Origin: an uncultured Gemmatimonadaceae bacterium
GTDB taxonomy: Bacteria > Gemmatimonadota > Gemmatimonadetes > Gemmatimonadales > Gemmatimonadaceae
Assembly (NCBI GenBank): GCA_963829055.1
Contig: CAWHHI010000006.1
Span: 128,001-192,000, forward strand
Direction: 5' to 3'
DNA: 64,000 nucleotides
This document shows positions 1 through 15,033 of this stretch, in pieces (position 1 is the first letter of the stretch; every line of letters begins with the position of its first letter). Made by a program: the position numbers and the translations under genes. Under the pieces are notes generated by a model. It saw only the letters and a program-made list of their open reading frames with translations. It had not been told where the DNA came from and did not search any database.

Positions 1-156
1 TGGCACGAGGACGAAGAGCAGGCCGGCGGCGACGAGCACCAGCGTGGACGGCGGTCGGCTCGTGCGCGTCGTGATGGCAACCGAAGCAAGGACAAATGCG
101 ATCGTCGCGACGGCCAGCTCAGCCGCGCTCCAGCGGTGCGTCGTATCCTGCTGCAT
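1..156 (-). CDS. Membrane protein, N-terminal part (runs off the window)
   Basis: Manual translation from ATG at 156 gives MQQDTTHRWSAAELAVATIAFVLASVAITTRTSRPPSTLVLVAAGLLFVLVP, with two hydrophobic stretches and an open frame to the window edge. Confidence 0.5.
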   Translation of the reverse strand, partial: MQQDTTHRWSAAELAVATIAFVLASVAITTRTSRPPSTLVLVAAGLLFVLVP

Positions 157-178
157 TCGTGGCGGACCAAAACGAGTC

Positions 179-224
179 GGCCGGTCACGCAGCGCCTAAC
201 GTACGGTGCGCTGCGTGACCGGCC
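179..224 (-). terminator. Intrinsic terminator-like hairpin after the S9 peptidase gene
   Basis: Perfect 17-bp inverted repeat GGCCGGTCACGCAGCGC/GCGCTGCGTGACCGGCC; short T run follows on the minus strand. Confidence 0.6.
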
Positions 225-239
225 ATTCAGCCACTGCTG

Positions 240-2309
240 CTATCGATTCGAGTCCGACGTCGTCGCCTGACCGCCCTTCGTGCCCCACCGGTCGAACCAG
301 CTGCGCAGGTAGAGCTGCGTGCGCAGGAAGTTCGACGGCGTGCTCGACGTCCCGTGGAACTCGTTGTTCATGCGCACCATCACCGTCGGCATGCCGTGCA
401 TCTTGAGCGCGCGATAGTACTCCTCGATCTGCGGGATCGGCGTGCGCAGATCGAGCACGCCCGTCATCAGCATCGTCGGCGTCTTCACGTTGCCGACGTA
501 CATGATCGGCGACCGGCTTGCAGGTACTCGCTCGGATCCTCCCAGAACGGCTTCTCGAAGTTCATGTACCAGCCGGCGCCGTCCGTCTCGACCGACGAAG
601 CTGATCCAGTCGATGACCGGGCAGAGCGAAGCCGCCGCGGTGAAGCGATCGGTGTGGCCGACCGTCCATGCCGTGAGGACGCCGCCGCCCGAGCAGCCGT
701 ACACGAACAGGTTCTTCGTGTCGATGTAGCCGCGACCGATGACCGTGTCGACGCCGGCCATCAGGTCATCGAAGTCCTTGTCCGGGTACGCGTTCTTGAT
801 CTCGTTCGTGAACTTCTCGCCGTAGCCCGGTCGAGCCGCGCGGGTTGGTGTAGAGCATGACGTACCCGTTCGCGGCGTGATCCTGGCGCGAGAAGTTGAA
901 CGCGACGTTGTACATCGCCTGCGGTCCGCCGTGAATCTCGAGGATGAGCGGATACTTCTTCGCCGCGTCGAAGCCCGGCGGCTTGACGATCCAGCCCTGG
1001 ATCTTGCAGCCCGTCCTTCGACGTGTACCACATCTCTTCCGTCTGCGCGAGCTCCTTGCCCGCGAGCACGTCGTCGTTGACCGCGGTGAGCTGGTGAACG
1101 TCGAGACGGCTCCGGTCTTCGGCACCGAGAACGTGACGATGTCGTTCGGCTTGGTCGGCGTCGACCGCATCCCCACCGCGAGTCCATTCTTGCCCACGCT
1201 CGGCGATGGTCAGCAGCTGCTTGCCGCTCGTCACCGGGCGGAACTGACCGGCCGTGCGTCGTGACGTAGAAGTTCTTCGACCCTTCGCTCTCGGCGTTGA
1301 AGTACAGGCTGCCGTTGTCGTCCGCCCACATCACGCCCGAGATCGGACGGTCGATGTTGCCGGAGACGACGTGCGCGTTCGAGCCGTCCGCGTTCATGAC
1401 GTACAGCTTCGACTCTGCCCACGCCGAGTGGTTCGACCGAGTCGGCGGACATGAAGGCGATGAGCTTCCCGTCCGGCGAATACTACGGCCCGTTGCTCGT
1501 GCCGTTGCGACTCGAGATCTGCTTGATCTCGCCCGTCTCGACGTTCGCCGCATAGATGTGCGATTTGCGGAACGCGATCTCGGCGTCCTTGGTCGCGCAG
1601 CGACGAGAACGCGAGCCACTTGCCGTCGGGCGAGAAGTTCGGGGCCGAGGCGTTCCACTCGCCGGTCGTGATCTGACGCGGCGTTCCGCCGTCGGCCGGA
1701 ATGACGAAGATGTGGCGTACGCTTCGTCGGTGAAGCCAATGCGATCGGAGCGATAGTTGAGGCGGCTCACGATCTTCGGCGACTCGGTCCACTTGGCGCC
1801 CTTGGGCGGCGTCGGCATCGCGATGCGCCACGTCTCCTTGCATCGGCACGTTCATCACGAACGCGATCGACTTTCCGTCGGGCGACCACTCGAGCGCGCT
1901 CGGCGCTTCCGTGACGTGCGAGATCTGCGTCGCCGCGCCTTCGCTGTCCATCCATCGCACGTAGATCTGCGACCCGTTCGGCTCGCCCTTCGCGACGTAC
2001 GCGATGCGCTTGCCGTCGGGCGACCACTTGACGTCGGACCCCTGCACGAGCGGCGTGCGTGCGATGCCGTCGGCGTTCATGAGCCACACCGACGGACTCC
2101 CACTTGTCGTTCATCTTGTCGATCCACCGGCGCGTGAAGACGATCTGTGTCGCGTCGGGGGAGAGTTGGGGGGCCTGGACCTCCTCCCAGTCGAGGTACT
2201 GCTCGAGCGTGATGTGGCCCTGCGGGCGCTGCTGTGCGTGGATCGCGAACGGCGCGACCATCAGCACGCAGAGGGACGCCGCAGAGAACAGGCTACGGGG
2301 GGTGCGCAT
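240..2309 (-). CDS. S9 family peptidase (acylaminoacyl/dipeptidyl peptidase-like) with N-terminal beta-propeller; several frameshifts
   Basis: Signal peptide MRTPRSLFSAASLCVL..HAQ; WSPDG repeats; EIHGGP; NPRGSTG; catalytic GCSGGG, DLRTP and EFHG motifs. Confidence 0.9.
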
Positions 2310-2435
2310 CAGACCTCCGGAAGGGTGGGGCACGGGAGATGGCGGGGTTGGCTCGGCTCCAACTTGGGGCACCCCGAGCACGCTGGCCAGAGGACCTACA
2401 TTCCAACGTTCGACGCTGCTGTCATCCCGGAGAGA

Positions 2436-4174
2436 TCAAACCGGAATCGAGGTCTGCGCCAGACTAGGGGTCGCCGTGGAGGACGTGGAGCCCGCCGTGC
2501 CCGCGCCAAGGTCGGCGCCCCGGGGTTGATCGAGAGTCGCGAAGGCTGGTAGCTCGACCTGGAATACGGCGCCATGCGGCGAGCCGGGTAGAAGCGACAG
2601 CGTGCCCTCGTGCGCCTCGATGATTGACTTGCAGATGGACAGCCCCAGCCCCATGCCGCGCTGCTTCGTCGAATAGAACGGCTCGAAGACGCGGTCCCGC
2701 GCGGCCGGATCGACGCCGCGTCCGGAATCCTCGATGCGGATCGCGACGCCGTCCGGGCTCGAGCGGAACAGTGCGAATGCGCAGGTGGCGTTCGCGATCC
2801 GAGACGGTCGCGAGCGACTCGACGCCGTTCTTCACGCCATTCATCAGGACCTGCGTCAACTGGCCGCGGTGTCCACGGATGGTCGGTAGCTCCGGAGACA
2901 GGTCGAGCTCGAGTACGACATGAGATGCCTCGAACTCGAGGCGCATGATGTCGACAGCCTCGCGAACCAGGTCGTTCACCTCGAGCGTGACCTGATCATG
3001 AGGTGAATGCGCGAACACCGTTCGGACGGAGTCGATGATCTCGTTGGCTCGGCTGGCACTCTTGCTGATGTCGGTGAACGCGGCCCGGACGTCATCGAGG
3101 CCGCTGGGCGTTGCGGACACCATGATGGCGCCGGCCTGCCCATTCATCTGGATCGCCGCGAGCGGTTGTCGGAGCTCGTGCGCGAGCGATTCGACCATGA
3201 CGTCCATCGCCGTGCGATGTCCTTCTCGCTCCTGCTCGCGTGCCGCCATCGCCAGGACGAGCTGCCGGTGCAGCATCGAGGATTCGGACAGGAGGACGAG
3301 CAACACGAAGGCGGACGACACCATGCCCATCCCTCGGTTGACGTAGAAGACGAGGCTGAACCGACCCGGCGACACTGGTATGAGGAGCGCCTCGAAGAGG
3401 AACGACCAGACGGCCACGTGCAGCCACAGGTCGATCATCGACGTCGGTCGTCGTCGCAACACGACGAGGGACCCGAGGGCCATGACCAACATGAGCGGCA
3501 CGACGACGCGCCGGAATCCTTCGGTCAGGTGCACCGCATCCGCTGCGAACGAGGCGAGGCAGATGCGATCCTTCCGCGATGAGAATCCAGGTGGCGATTA
3601 CCGCCACTCCGACCGTCGTCGTGACGGTCGCGGCGATCCGCAGGAGGACCGGGTCATCGCCGGACGGCGCGCGCTGTTCCCGGTCGCGGAGGATGGTGTA
3701 CGCAATGGCGCACAGCACGAACCCCACTTGCTGCAACGGGAACAGCCATGCGGTTGACTGGAGCTGCGCGCCGAGGAGGCCATTCGTCGCGAAGACCCCG
3801 GAAAGGTCAGGGCGTGCGGAACGAGGATCAGCGTCTTGAACAGGAAGCCGCTCGCCAGCACGAGCAGCGCGCGAGCGCGCGTCAGGGAGAACTGCGCGTA
3901 CAACAGCACGGCCGTCAGAAGATCGTTGAGCCCCGTGACCGCATTGGCGACCGGCACGAAGGCGTCGAGACGCCACGAGTTGCGTGTCCCGGAATGCCAC
4001 GGTGACGAGAAACGCCCCGAACAGGACGCCCGTGACGAAGTGGGCGAGCCCGCGCTGTCTCCTCCCCGGCGGCCGCGTCGAGATGAGGAAGGACCCGCCC
4101 GTTACGGTGGCGGTCGGGGCGCTTGTCACTCGGCGCGGAGTGGGGCCTGATCGAACGAGAGCTTGCGCCTTCAT
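2436..4174 (-). CDS. Sensor histidine kinase with multi-TM (MASE4-like) input domain; frameshifted
   Basis: NDLLTAVLLYAQF and PHALTFPG membrane segments; H-box LAHELRQPL; N-box QVLMNGVKNG; G2 GMGLGLSICKSIIEAHEG. Confidence 0.85.
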
Positions 4175-4474
4175 CCGTGAGTGATGGCCTGGATCGAGAG
4201 TGGTGACACACAGGACCGGCGGAACGCTAACCGAATGCGGGCTCTCTCACGCCGCCATTGGACCTTCGTCGAACACGACCACTCGGCAGAGTATACGGCG
4301 GCAGGTGCGCACGTGCAGCGCCCTACGCACAACCGCCCGTTCGTGTTGTGGGCTCACGTGCGCGACACCGTGCGCGTGTCGAGCTGGAGTTCACGCTCTA
4401 GCACAATCGGTCGCGCTCGCCGTCACGCGCGCCGCAGCGCATATTCGAATCGCCTCAACGGTAGCGAGGACGCG

Positions 4475-6155
4475 ATGCAGTCCACGGAGTACGATGCGAT
4501 CGTCGTGGGGTCCGGGATCTCCGGCGGCTGGGCCGCCAAGGAGCTCACCGAGAAGGGGCTCCGCGTGCTCCTGCTCGAGCGCGGACGCAACGTCGAGCAC
4601 ATCAAGGATTACGTCAACGCGACGAAGGGACCCTGGGAATTCGCGCATCGCGGTGGTCGCACGATCGCCATGGAAGAGCTCTATCCCGTCCTCAAGCGCG
4701 ACTACCCGCTGAACGAGAAGAACCTGTCGTTCTGGGTCAACGAGCAGGAGTCGCCATACACCGAGGTCCGACGCTTCGACTGGTATCGCGGCTATCAGGT
4801 GGGCGGACGATCGCTCATGTGGGGACGCCAGAGCTATCGCTGGAGCGACCTCGACTTCGAGGCGAACCTGCGTGACGGCATCGCCACCGACTGGCCCATT
4901 CGCTATGCCGACCTCGCGCCCTGGTACGATCACGTCGAGAAGCACGCCGGCATCGCCGGCTCGGTCGAGGGGATGGCGCAGCTTCCGGACGGGCAGTTCC
5001 AGCCGGCGATGCCGCTCAACTGCGGTGAGGAGCTCGTCGCTGGTCGCCTAACGAAGCTGTTCGACGGCAAGCGCCGCATCATCCCGGGTCGCACCGCCAA
5101 CGCCACGCAGGCCCTCCCGGGACGCACGCCCTGTCAGTACCGCGACGCCTGCTGGCTCGGCTGCCCCTACGGCGGCTACTTCAGCACGCAGTCCTCGACG
5201 CTCCCCGCCGCCGTGAAGACGGGACGCCTAACGCTCAAGCCGTTCGCCATCGTCAGCGAGGTGCTGTACGACCGTGACCGCAAGCGCGCGACAGGCGTTC
5301 GCGTCCTCGACGCGGTCACGAACCAGACGACGGACTACAACGCGCGCGTCGTCTTCCTCTGCGCCTCGACGCTCAACTCCACGTGGCTCCTCATGCGCTC
5401 GGCCACCGACGTCTGGCCGGGCGGTCTCGGGAGCAGCTCGGGGCAGCTGGGCCACAACCTCATGGACCACCACTTCCGGTGCGGTGCGTCCGGAAAGCTC
5501 GACGGGCCTGACGGACAAGTACTACAACGGACGTCGCCCTACGGGCTTTTACATTCCACGCTACCGCAATCTCTTCGGCGACAAGCGGCCGTACCTGCGC
5601 GGCTTCGGCTATCAGGGCGGCGCTGGCCGTGACGGCTGGTCGTCCGCGGTGGCCGAGCTCGGAGTCGGTGGTGCGTTCAAGGACAAGGCGGCGGAGCCGG
5701 GTGCGTGGAGCGTTGGCGCGACGGCGTTTGGCGAGATGCTGCCCAATCACAAGAACAAGGTGACCCTGGACGACAAGAAGACCGACAAGTGGGGAATGCC
5801 GGTGCTCAAGATCGACTGCGCGACCGGCGAGAACGAGCGCCTCATGCGAAAGGACATGGTGCACGACATGGAGGAGCTGTTGGAGCAGTGCGGCGTGAAA
5901 GAGGTGAACGGCTACGACAACGAGTGCTTCCCGGGCATGGGCATTCACGAGCTGGGCACGGCGCGCATGGGGCGGAGTCCCAGGTCTTCGGTGCTCAATG
6001 GCTGGAACCAGGTATGGGATGCGCCTAACGTGTTCGTGACCGATGGCGCGTCCATGGCGTCATCCGCATGCCAGAATCCGTCGCTCACGTACATGGCGCT
6101 CACGGCGCGCGCCGCGGATCACGCGGTGAACGAGCTCAATCGTCGCAACCTCTGA
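4475..6155 (+). CDS. GMC family FAD oxidoreductase; frameshift near 5505
   Basis: DAIVVGSGISGG FAD-binding motif; GGRSLMWG; C-terminal HELGTARMG and QNPSLTYMALTARA. Confidence 0.92.
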
Positions 6156-6995
6156 TGCGGGATTCGTCCATGTTTGATCATGACGGTGTGAGCGACGATC
6201 TTACTGATCGCGACGCAGTTACCGTGATCGATCGCCGGGAGGCAGTGCGTCGCGTGAGTGCGCTGTTAGGCGGCGTCGCATTCGTGGGCGGAAGCTCGCT
6301 GCTCGCGGCGTGTCAGCGTGAGCGCGAGAAACCTCCGGCCGCATCTACGCCCGCGGCGCCCGCCGTGCAGGCGCCGATCGGCGAATTCACGACGCAGGAC
6401 ATCGCACTGCTGGATGAGATAGCGGATACGATTCTTCCGACGACGAGCACGCCTGGCGCCAAGGCGGCGAAGACAGGCGCGTTCATGGCGCTCATGGTAA
6501 CGGACACCTACAAGGCGAAGAATCGGAAGATCTTCCGCGACGGTCTCGTGACACTCGACGCCGAGTGCCGCAAGGCGAACAACGTGGACTTCATGACGGC
6601 GACACCGGCACAGCGTCTGGCCTTGCTCGAGCGGCTGGACCGCGAGCAGAAGGCACACACCGATGCGCGGACGGCAGCGAGCAAGGCGCGGACGCGTGCG
6701 GGTGCAACCAAGCCGGCGAAGTCCTCCAGGTCTGCCGACTCGACCGAGGCGGAGCGCTTTCTGCCCGACCAGCGGAAGACGGCGGCGCGTGGGCACGGAG
6801 ACCAGCGCGGCGGCAGCGGTCACCGCTGACACACCCGCGCACTACTTCCGCATGATGAAGGAGCTCGCGATGCTGGGCTACTTCACGTCGGAGATCGGGT
6901 GCAAACAGGCGCAGCGCTACGTCGAATCGCCGGGACGTTACGACCCGTGCGTGCCGTATACGCCTGGGCAGAAAGCCTGGGCGGGACACGCCTAA
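6155..6995 (+). CDS. Gluconate 2-dehydrogenase subunit 3 family protein (GMC partner, Tat/lipoprotein signal); frameshift near 6790
   Basis: DRREAVRR..LLAAC; IADTILPTTSTPGAK; FRMMKELAMLGYFTSEIG; PGRYDPC; start overlaps the GMC stop. Confidence 0.88.
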
Positions 6996-7023
6996 CGCCT
7001 TGAGCCTGCGCCACGAGCGGGTC

Positions 7024-8000
7024 ATGACGCGAGGCCTCGTCCTCGGGAAATTTCTTCCGTACCACGCTGGGCACGCTCACCTGATCCGCGCCGCGCGCGC
7101 GCAGGTCGACGAGCTCGTCGTCCTCGTGTGCTCCGTCGAGCGTGAGCCGATTCCGGGTCCGCTTCGTTTCCGATGGGTGCGCGACTCACATCCGGATTGT
7201 CGCGTCATTCACGTGGCCGAGGAAGTGCCGCAGGCGCCCGAGGATGATCCAGCGTTCTGGCCGATCTGGACGGATCTGATCGCACGACACGCTGGTGATA
7301 TCGACGTCGTGTTCACGTCGGAGGACTATGGCGACGAGCTCGCCCGACGGATCGGAGCGCGACACGTCAGCGTCGACCGCGAGCCGCCTAACGGTGCCGG
7401 CGTCCGGACGCGACGGTTCGTGCGGCGCCGTTCCGTCACTGGGAGTCTCATCCCGCCCAAGGTGCGGCCGTACTACGCTGCGTCGCGTCGCGCTGCGTCG
7501 GCACGGAGTCGACGGGGAAGACGACGCTCGCCGAGCGCCTCGCCAAGCGCTTCGAGACGGTGATGGTCGAGGAGTACGGTCGACCGTACTGCGACACACG
7601 CCCGGCGATGAGCCTCGTGCTGTCGGACTTCGAAGCGATCGCGTGGGCGCAGGTGACGTGTGGAGGACGAGGCGGCGAGCAAGCGCGAATCGCGTTCTCG
7701 ATCTGCGATACGGAGCTGCACACGACGGCGACGTGGAGCGATCTGGTCGTCGGCGCGAGGCCGGCGTGCCTCACCGAGGCGGCGCGGGCGCGTCACTACG
7801 ATCTCGTGTTGCTGCTCGACGACAACGTCCCATGGATCGAGGACGGTACGCGTGTATTGCGGGACCGCCGAGTGGAGCACACACGTCGTCTCCGCGAGGA
7901 GCTCGACTCGGCCGGACGTCACTATGTGATCCTCTCCGGCGGATTCGAAGAGCGCGAGCGCGAGGCGGAGCGGCTCGTCGCGTCGCTGCTCAGCGAATAA
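7024..8000 (+). CDS. NadR-type nucleotidyltransferase plus AAA/P-loop kinase without HTH domain; frameshifted
   Basis: GKFLPYHAGH (HxGH); VFTSEDYG; P-loop GTESTGKTT near 7500; EEYGRPY; YDLVLLLDDNVPWIEDG. Confidence 0.85.
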
Positions 8001-8053
8001 CCACGGCATCCTGGTGCGGCCTAACGATGCACGAGTATGGTTGGGTCTCTAAA

Positions 8054-8548
8054 TCCAACAGCGACGCAGAAGTACGCAGGCGGGCGCTTCGCGTCCGCAA
8101 CGCAGAAGGACGCAGAAACTGCAACCGCCACGGCAACTGCTATTCAGCTTGGGAGAGCTGCTGCTTCGGCGACCATCCGGACGAACCGCTTCGACACGGT
8201 ATCCAGAACCCGGAGTGTGAACTGATTGGGCGGAAACGACGAAAGGGCCGATCCCATTGCGACCCGACAGACCGTGGAACGGGCCCGTTGAACAGGGAAC
8301 GCCCTCGCGACGCATTGGCCGCACGAGGCCGTTCCCCCTTCCATCACGGCTCGTTGCGCTACCGACTCTCCCGGCATCGGGCCTCATCCGCCCGATCCGC
8401 TGGTTCCGGCCGTTTCCGTTCACACCCTCGGTTCTGGATGGCTGGTGAAGCAGTCCTCCGCGTCCCCCGCGGTGATAGCAGTTGCAGTTCTTCTGCGTCC
8501 TTCTGAATGCGCGCAAAGCGCGCCTGCGGATTCTGCGTCGCTGTTGGA
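8054..8548. repeat. About 500-bp non-coding palindromic element, family C copy 1
   Basis: Perfect 18-bp terminal IR TCCAACAGCGACGCAGAA; nested IRs; interior homologous (inverted) to 37941-38287. Confidence 0.8.
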
Positions 8549-8599
8549 ATAGCGCGCCTAACCGTACTTGGCGCGAGACCGGCTCCACGGTGCTGACAG

Positions 8600-8827
8600 G
8601 AGATCCCTCGCTGTCGCTTCGCTGTCGCTCGGGATGACACCGACCGTGACGAGGCGTAACGGCATGTGGAGGTTCGGGCGTGAGACAGGGCCGTCAGGGC
8701 TGTGATTCCGAGCGGGCGTCATTCCGAGGCGCGCGAGCGCCGAAGGGCGCATCGAGGAATCCGCGGTGTCTTGGTAGAGGGCTCTCTACCGGGATGCCAA
8801 GGATTCCTCGCTCCGCTCGGAATGACA
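8600..8827. repeat. GTCAT(T/C)CCGAG-type palindromic REP-like elements, family A (half copy plus full copy)
   Basis: GTCATTCCGAG..TCGAGGAATC..GGTAGAGGGCTCTCTACC..GATTCCTCG..CGCTCGGAATGACA at 8718-8827; half site ending CTCGGGATGACA near 8639. Confidence 0.8.
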
Positions 8828-8852
8828 TCACCCGCTCGGCTTGACCGCCGTT

Positions 8853-11946
<3,094 letters not shown>

Positions 11947-11989
11947 GGCGCGAAATCTCGACGACTCGCGCGCGGGCCGCTACGTCTGC

Positions 11990-14610
11990 CTACCGTTCCG
12001 GCCGGATGAGCGCCTCGAACGGAGCGTACCCGTGCAGTGAGTCCAGTGCGGTGGCGAAATGCCACGCGGGCAGGGTTTGCCCTTCACTTGCCGCCTGCTG
12101 GAGCAACTCCACTGCCAGCGGCTTGTCGCCGAGGGCTCCCATGATCGCCGCGCGCCAGTACGTATTCACGCCGAACAGCCAGCGGCGTTTCAGTCTACCT
12201 AACGAGTCCGCGATCGCGCGCGCTCCGGCTCGGTCGCCGCGTGCGACGTTCGCCAGCCCGAGATAGCCGGCCGCGTCGATCCGGGTCGTGTCGCGTGCGA
12301 CCAGGGCGAATCGGACTGCAGCGCTGTCGCTCTTGCCACTCATCAGCAGGGCGACGCCCTCGGACAATCGGAGCGCCGGTGTCGGTGTGCGAGCCGGCGA
12401 GCGCTCGTACCACGCATTCGCCAGCGAGAGCAACCGCGTCGCCGTGGCGGGGTCTCCATGGGCGCGAAACTCCTGCGCCGCGGTCGTCACCTGGGACGCG
12501 ACGGTACCGATCGAATCGTTCGTGTCGCGTAATAGCGAGTCGGCGAGCGCGAGTGCCGACGCGGGATCCTTCAAGCCGGCGTATACGCGGAGGCGTCGCC
12601 CTCTGAGCGTCGGACTCGTTCGGAAACGTGCGCTGTAGCGCAAAAGCAGCGTCCGCAGCTCGCGATCGTAGTTGCCAGCTTCGTGGTGCACCTCGGCCAG
12701 CACTCGTCTCGAGCTGGAGAGCGGCGCGCCCGCCCATGACGCCATAGGCGGCTTCGGCTGCCTCCAGCGCGGGGAGCGCGAGCGCCGGCTTCAGCAGGAA
12801 CATCCCCGCCTCGCCAACGAGGTACAGGGCAAGGGCGCTCGAGTCGTCGGGCCGCAAGCAGCTGTGCCGCTTTCAAATAACCCGGCACGTTTCCGTCCAG
12901 CTCCGCCCGTGCGTAGTCCCAAGTCAGGCGTTCAGTGGCAGTAAGGCCGCCGGGAAGACGATCGATCCGTCTCATCATCGAGTCGGCACGATCGAACTCA
13001 CCGGCGTTGATGTACTGACGCGCCAGCAACTGATAGGCCTGCGTGTACGTGCTGTCGATCGCGATGGCGCGCTCGAAGAATGGCCGTGACCCGATGACGT
13101 CGCCTTGCTCGGCGAATCGCTCGAATCCGGCGGCGAATTCGCGATACGCGGCGTACTTCGGCGCGCGATAACCCTGCGGCAGGATCTTCAGCTCACGGCG
13201 CAACCCGAGCGCGCCGAGCATCCGGTCGCCTAACGAATCGAGCGCGGCAATCGGATCGGAGGCGGAGCCAGTGACGGACGGGAGCGTCACCGCCGGTTTC
13301 CCGGTCTGCACGTCGCTCACCTGCGACTGAAACACGAGCGAGTCGCCGCGCAGCACGACGCTGCCGGATGCCAGGAGCCCGGCGTGTGTCGCATCCGAGA
13401 GCCGCTGCAGCTGGCCGGCCCTTCCACCCGTCGTGTCCCGCAGCCCCATGAGCACGATGTTCGTCGGCACGACATCGATCGAGCCGTTCTGAGCGATGCC
13501 GAGTGCCAGCCGATCCGCCGCAATGCGTCCGATGTAGTCGAAGCGAGGGTCGCCCGTCAGGTTCTCGAACGGCGCGATGAGGAGCCGGGACGAGCGAACA
13601 GGGGCAGCGGCCGCGGGCGTGGGACGCGTGCTACGCACCAACCACGCGCCGCCCGCGACGACCACTGCGAGTCCCGCGAGTGCAAGACCCCAGACGCGCG
13701 CGCGCTGCCGTGTCGCGTTAGGTGTCAGCAACGTCGCGGGAGTGGTCGTGCCCATTGGCGTCGTGAGCGCGTCGAGCGCGCGCACGATCTCCGTCGCGTC
13801 CTGCGGCCGGTCCGCCTGGCGCTTCTCGAGGCAGCGCATAATGAGCGACGTGAGCGCGAACGGCAGTGCCGGACGACGCACGGAGAGCGACTCCGGTGTC
13901 TCGATCACATGTGCCGCCAGCAGCGCCTGTGTCGTTCGCCCGACGAACGGCGGTTGTCCGCTCAGGAGCTCGTACGCGACGACGCCGAACGAGTACAGGT
14001 CGGCGCGATGATCGATGCCGGGATCGGCGCTCACCTGCTCGGGCGACATGTACGCCGGCGTGCCGATCGCGACCCCCGCGGTCGTGAGCGCGCCGTGTCC
14101 GACCGTCGTCGCGTCGATCAGCGCCTTGGCCACGCCGAAGTCGGTGACGAGCGCGATGCCGCCCGTCAGCAGGATGTTCTCCGGCTTGATGTCGCGGTGG
14201 ACGATGCCCTTCTCGTGCGCGTACCCGAGCGCGGTCGCGACCTCACGCAGCAACCGCACGGCTTCGGCGGCTGGCAGCTCGCCGCCCCGCGTCAGGCGCT
14301 GGCGCAACGTCTCGCCATCGACGAATGGCATCGTATAGTAGGGCAGCCCGCCCGCATCGCCGGTGCTGAGCAGCTGCACGATGTGCGGGTGCTGGAGTCG
14401 AGCGGCGAGTGCGATCTCGCGTTGAAAGCGGGCGACGGAGAGGTCGGCGGCGAGCTCGGGCGGCAGGACCTTGACGACGATGGAGCGTCGCAGGGCTGTA
14501 TCGCTCGCGACGAACACGCGGGACATGCCTCCGCCACCGAGCTCGCGCTCGAGTGTGAATGCTCCGCCGATCGCGGTCTGCAGTTGCGTGCGGAGATCGT
14601 CCGTAGTGCC
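11990..14610 (-). CDS. Hanks-type Ser/Thr protein kinase with TM segment and TolB-N-like/TPR-like C-terminus; exact start uncertain; frameshifted
   Basis: RELGGGGMSRVF; VVKVL; HRDIKPEN; DFGVAK; GTPAYMSPEQ; TM; IAPFENLTGD. Confidence 0.92.
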
Positions 14611-14631
14611 TCGCTTCTGGCTGCGCAGCCA

Positions 14632-14659
14632 AGTATGGCCGTGTCAGTCTATGCGTCAA
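14632..14659 (-). promoter_or_regulatory. Sigma70-like promoter upstream of the kinase gene
   Basis: Minus strand reads TTGACG-N16-CATACT. Confidence 0.4.
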
Positions 14660-14672
14660 TGGCTACCTTTTA

Positions 14673-14900
14673 TCGGGACGCAGTAGTCTCCGGAGCGGCC
14701 GTTCCCAAGAAACCTGGCTCGTGGCGAGAGGAGATCGACTCGCGCTACGCCCTATCCTGATTCTTCCGTTTCATCCGCGCCATTGTAGTTCCCACCGGCC
14801 CGGCGTGATGGTGCGTAAATGCAAAGCCGTATCCGGTCGTTTCGCAGTACAATCCGCCCAATCGTCGTTCCCACCGGCCCCGGCGCGATGACGCCTGAAG
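14673..14900. repeat. Modular palindromic element, family D copy 1 (partial)
   Basis: Half core hairpin GGACGCAGTAGTCTCCGGAGCGGCCGTTCCC; GGCTCGTGGCGAGAGG; about 80-nt units with GCAAAGCCGTATCCGG..GTTCCCACCGGCCC. Confidence 0.8.
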
Positions 14901-15033
14901 AGAAGGGCAGGAACGGGAGGAACCGGTAGGACGGTCGGGCGTGAACCGGAGTGGCGACATCCCTCCGCCAAGTGTGCATCCTTGAAGCGCATAACGGAGC
15001 ACACAAAGTCTACCCACGAGTAAGGGGTCGTCC

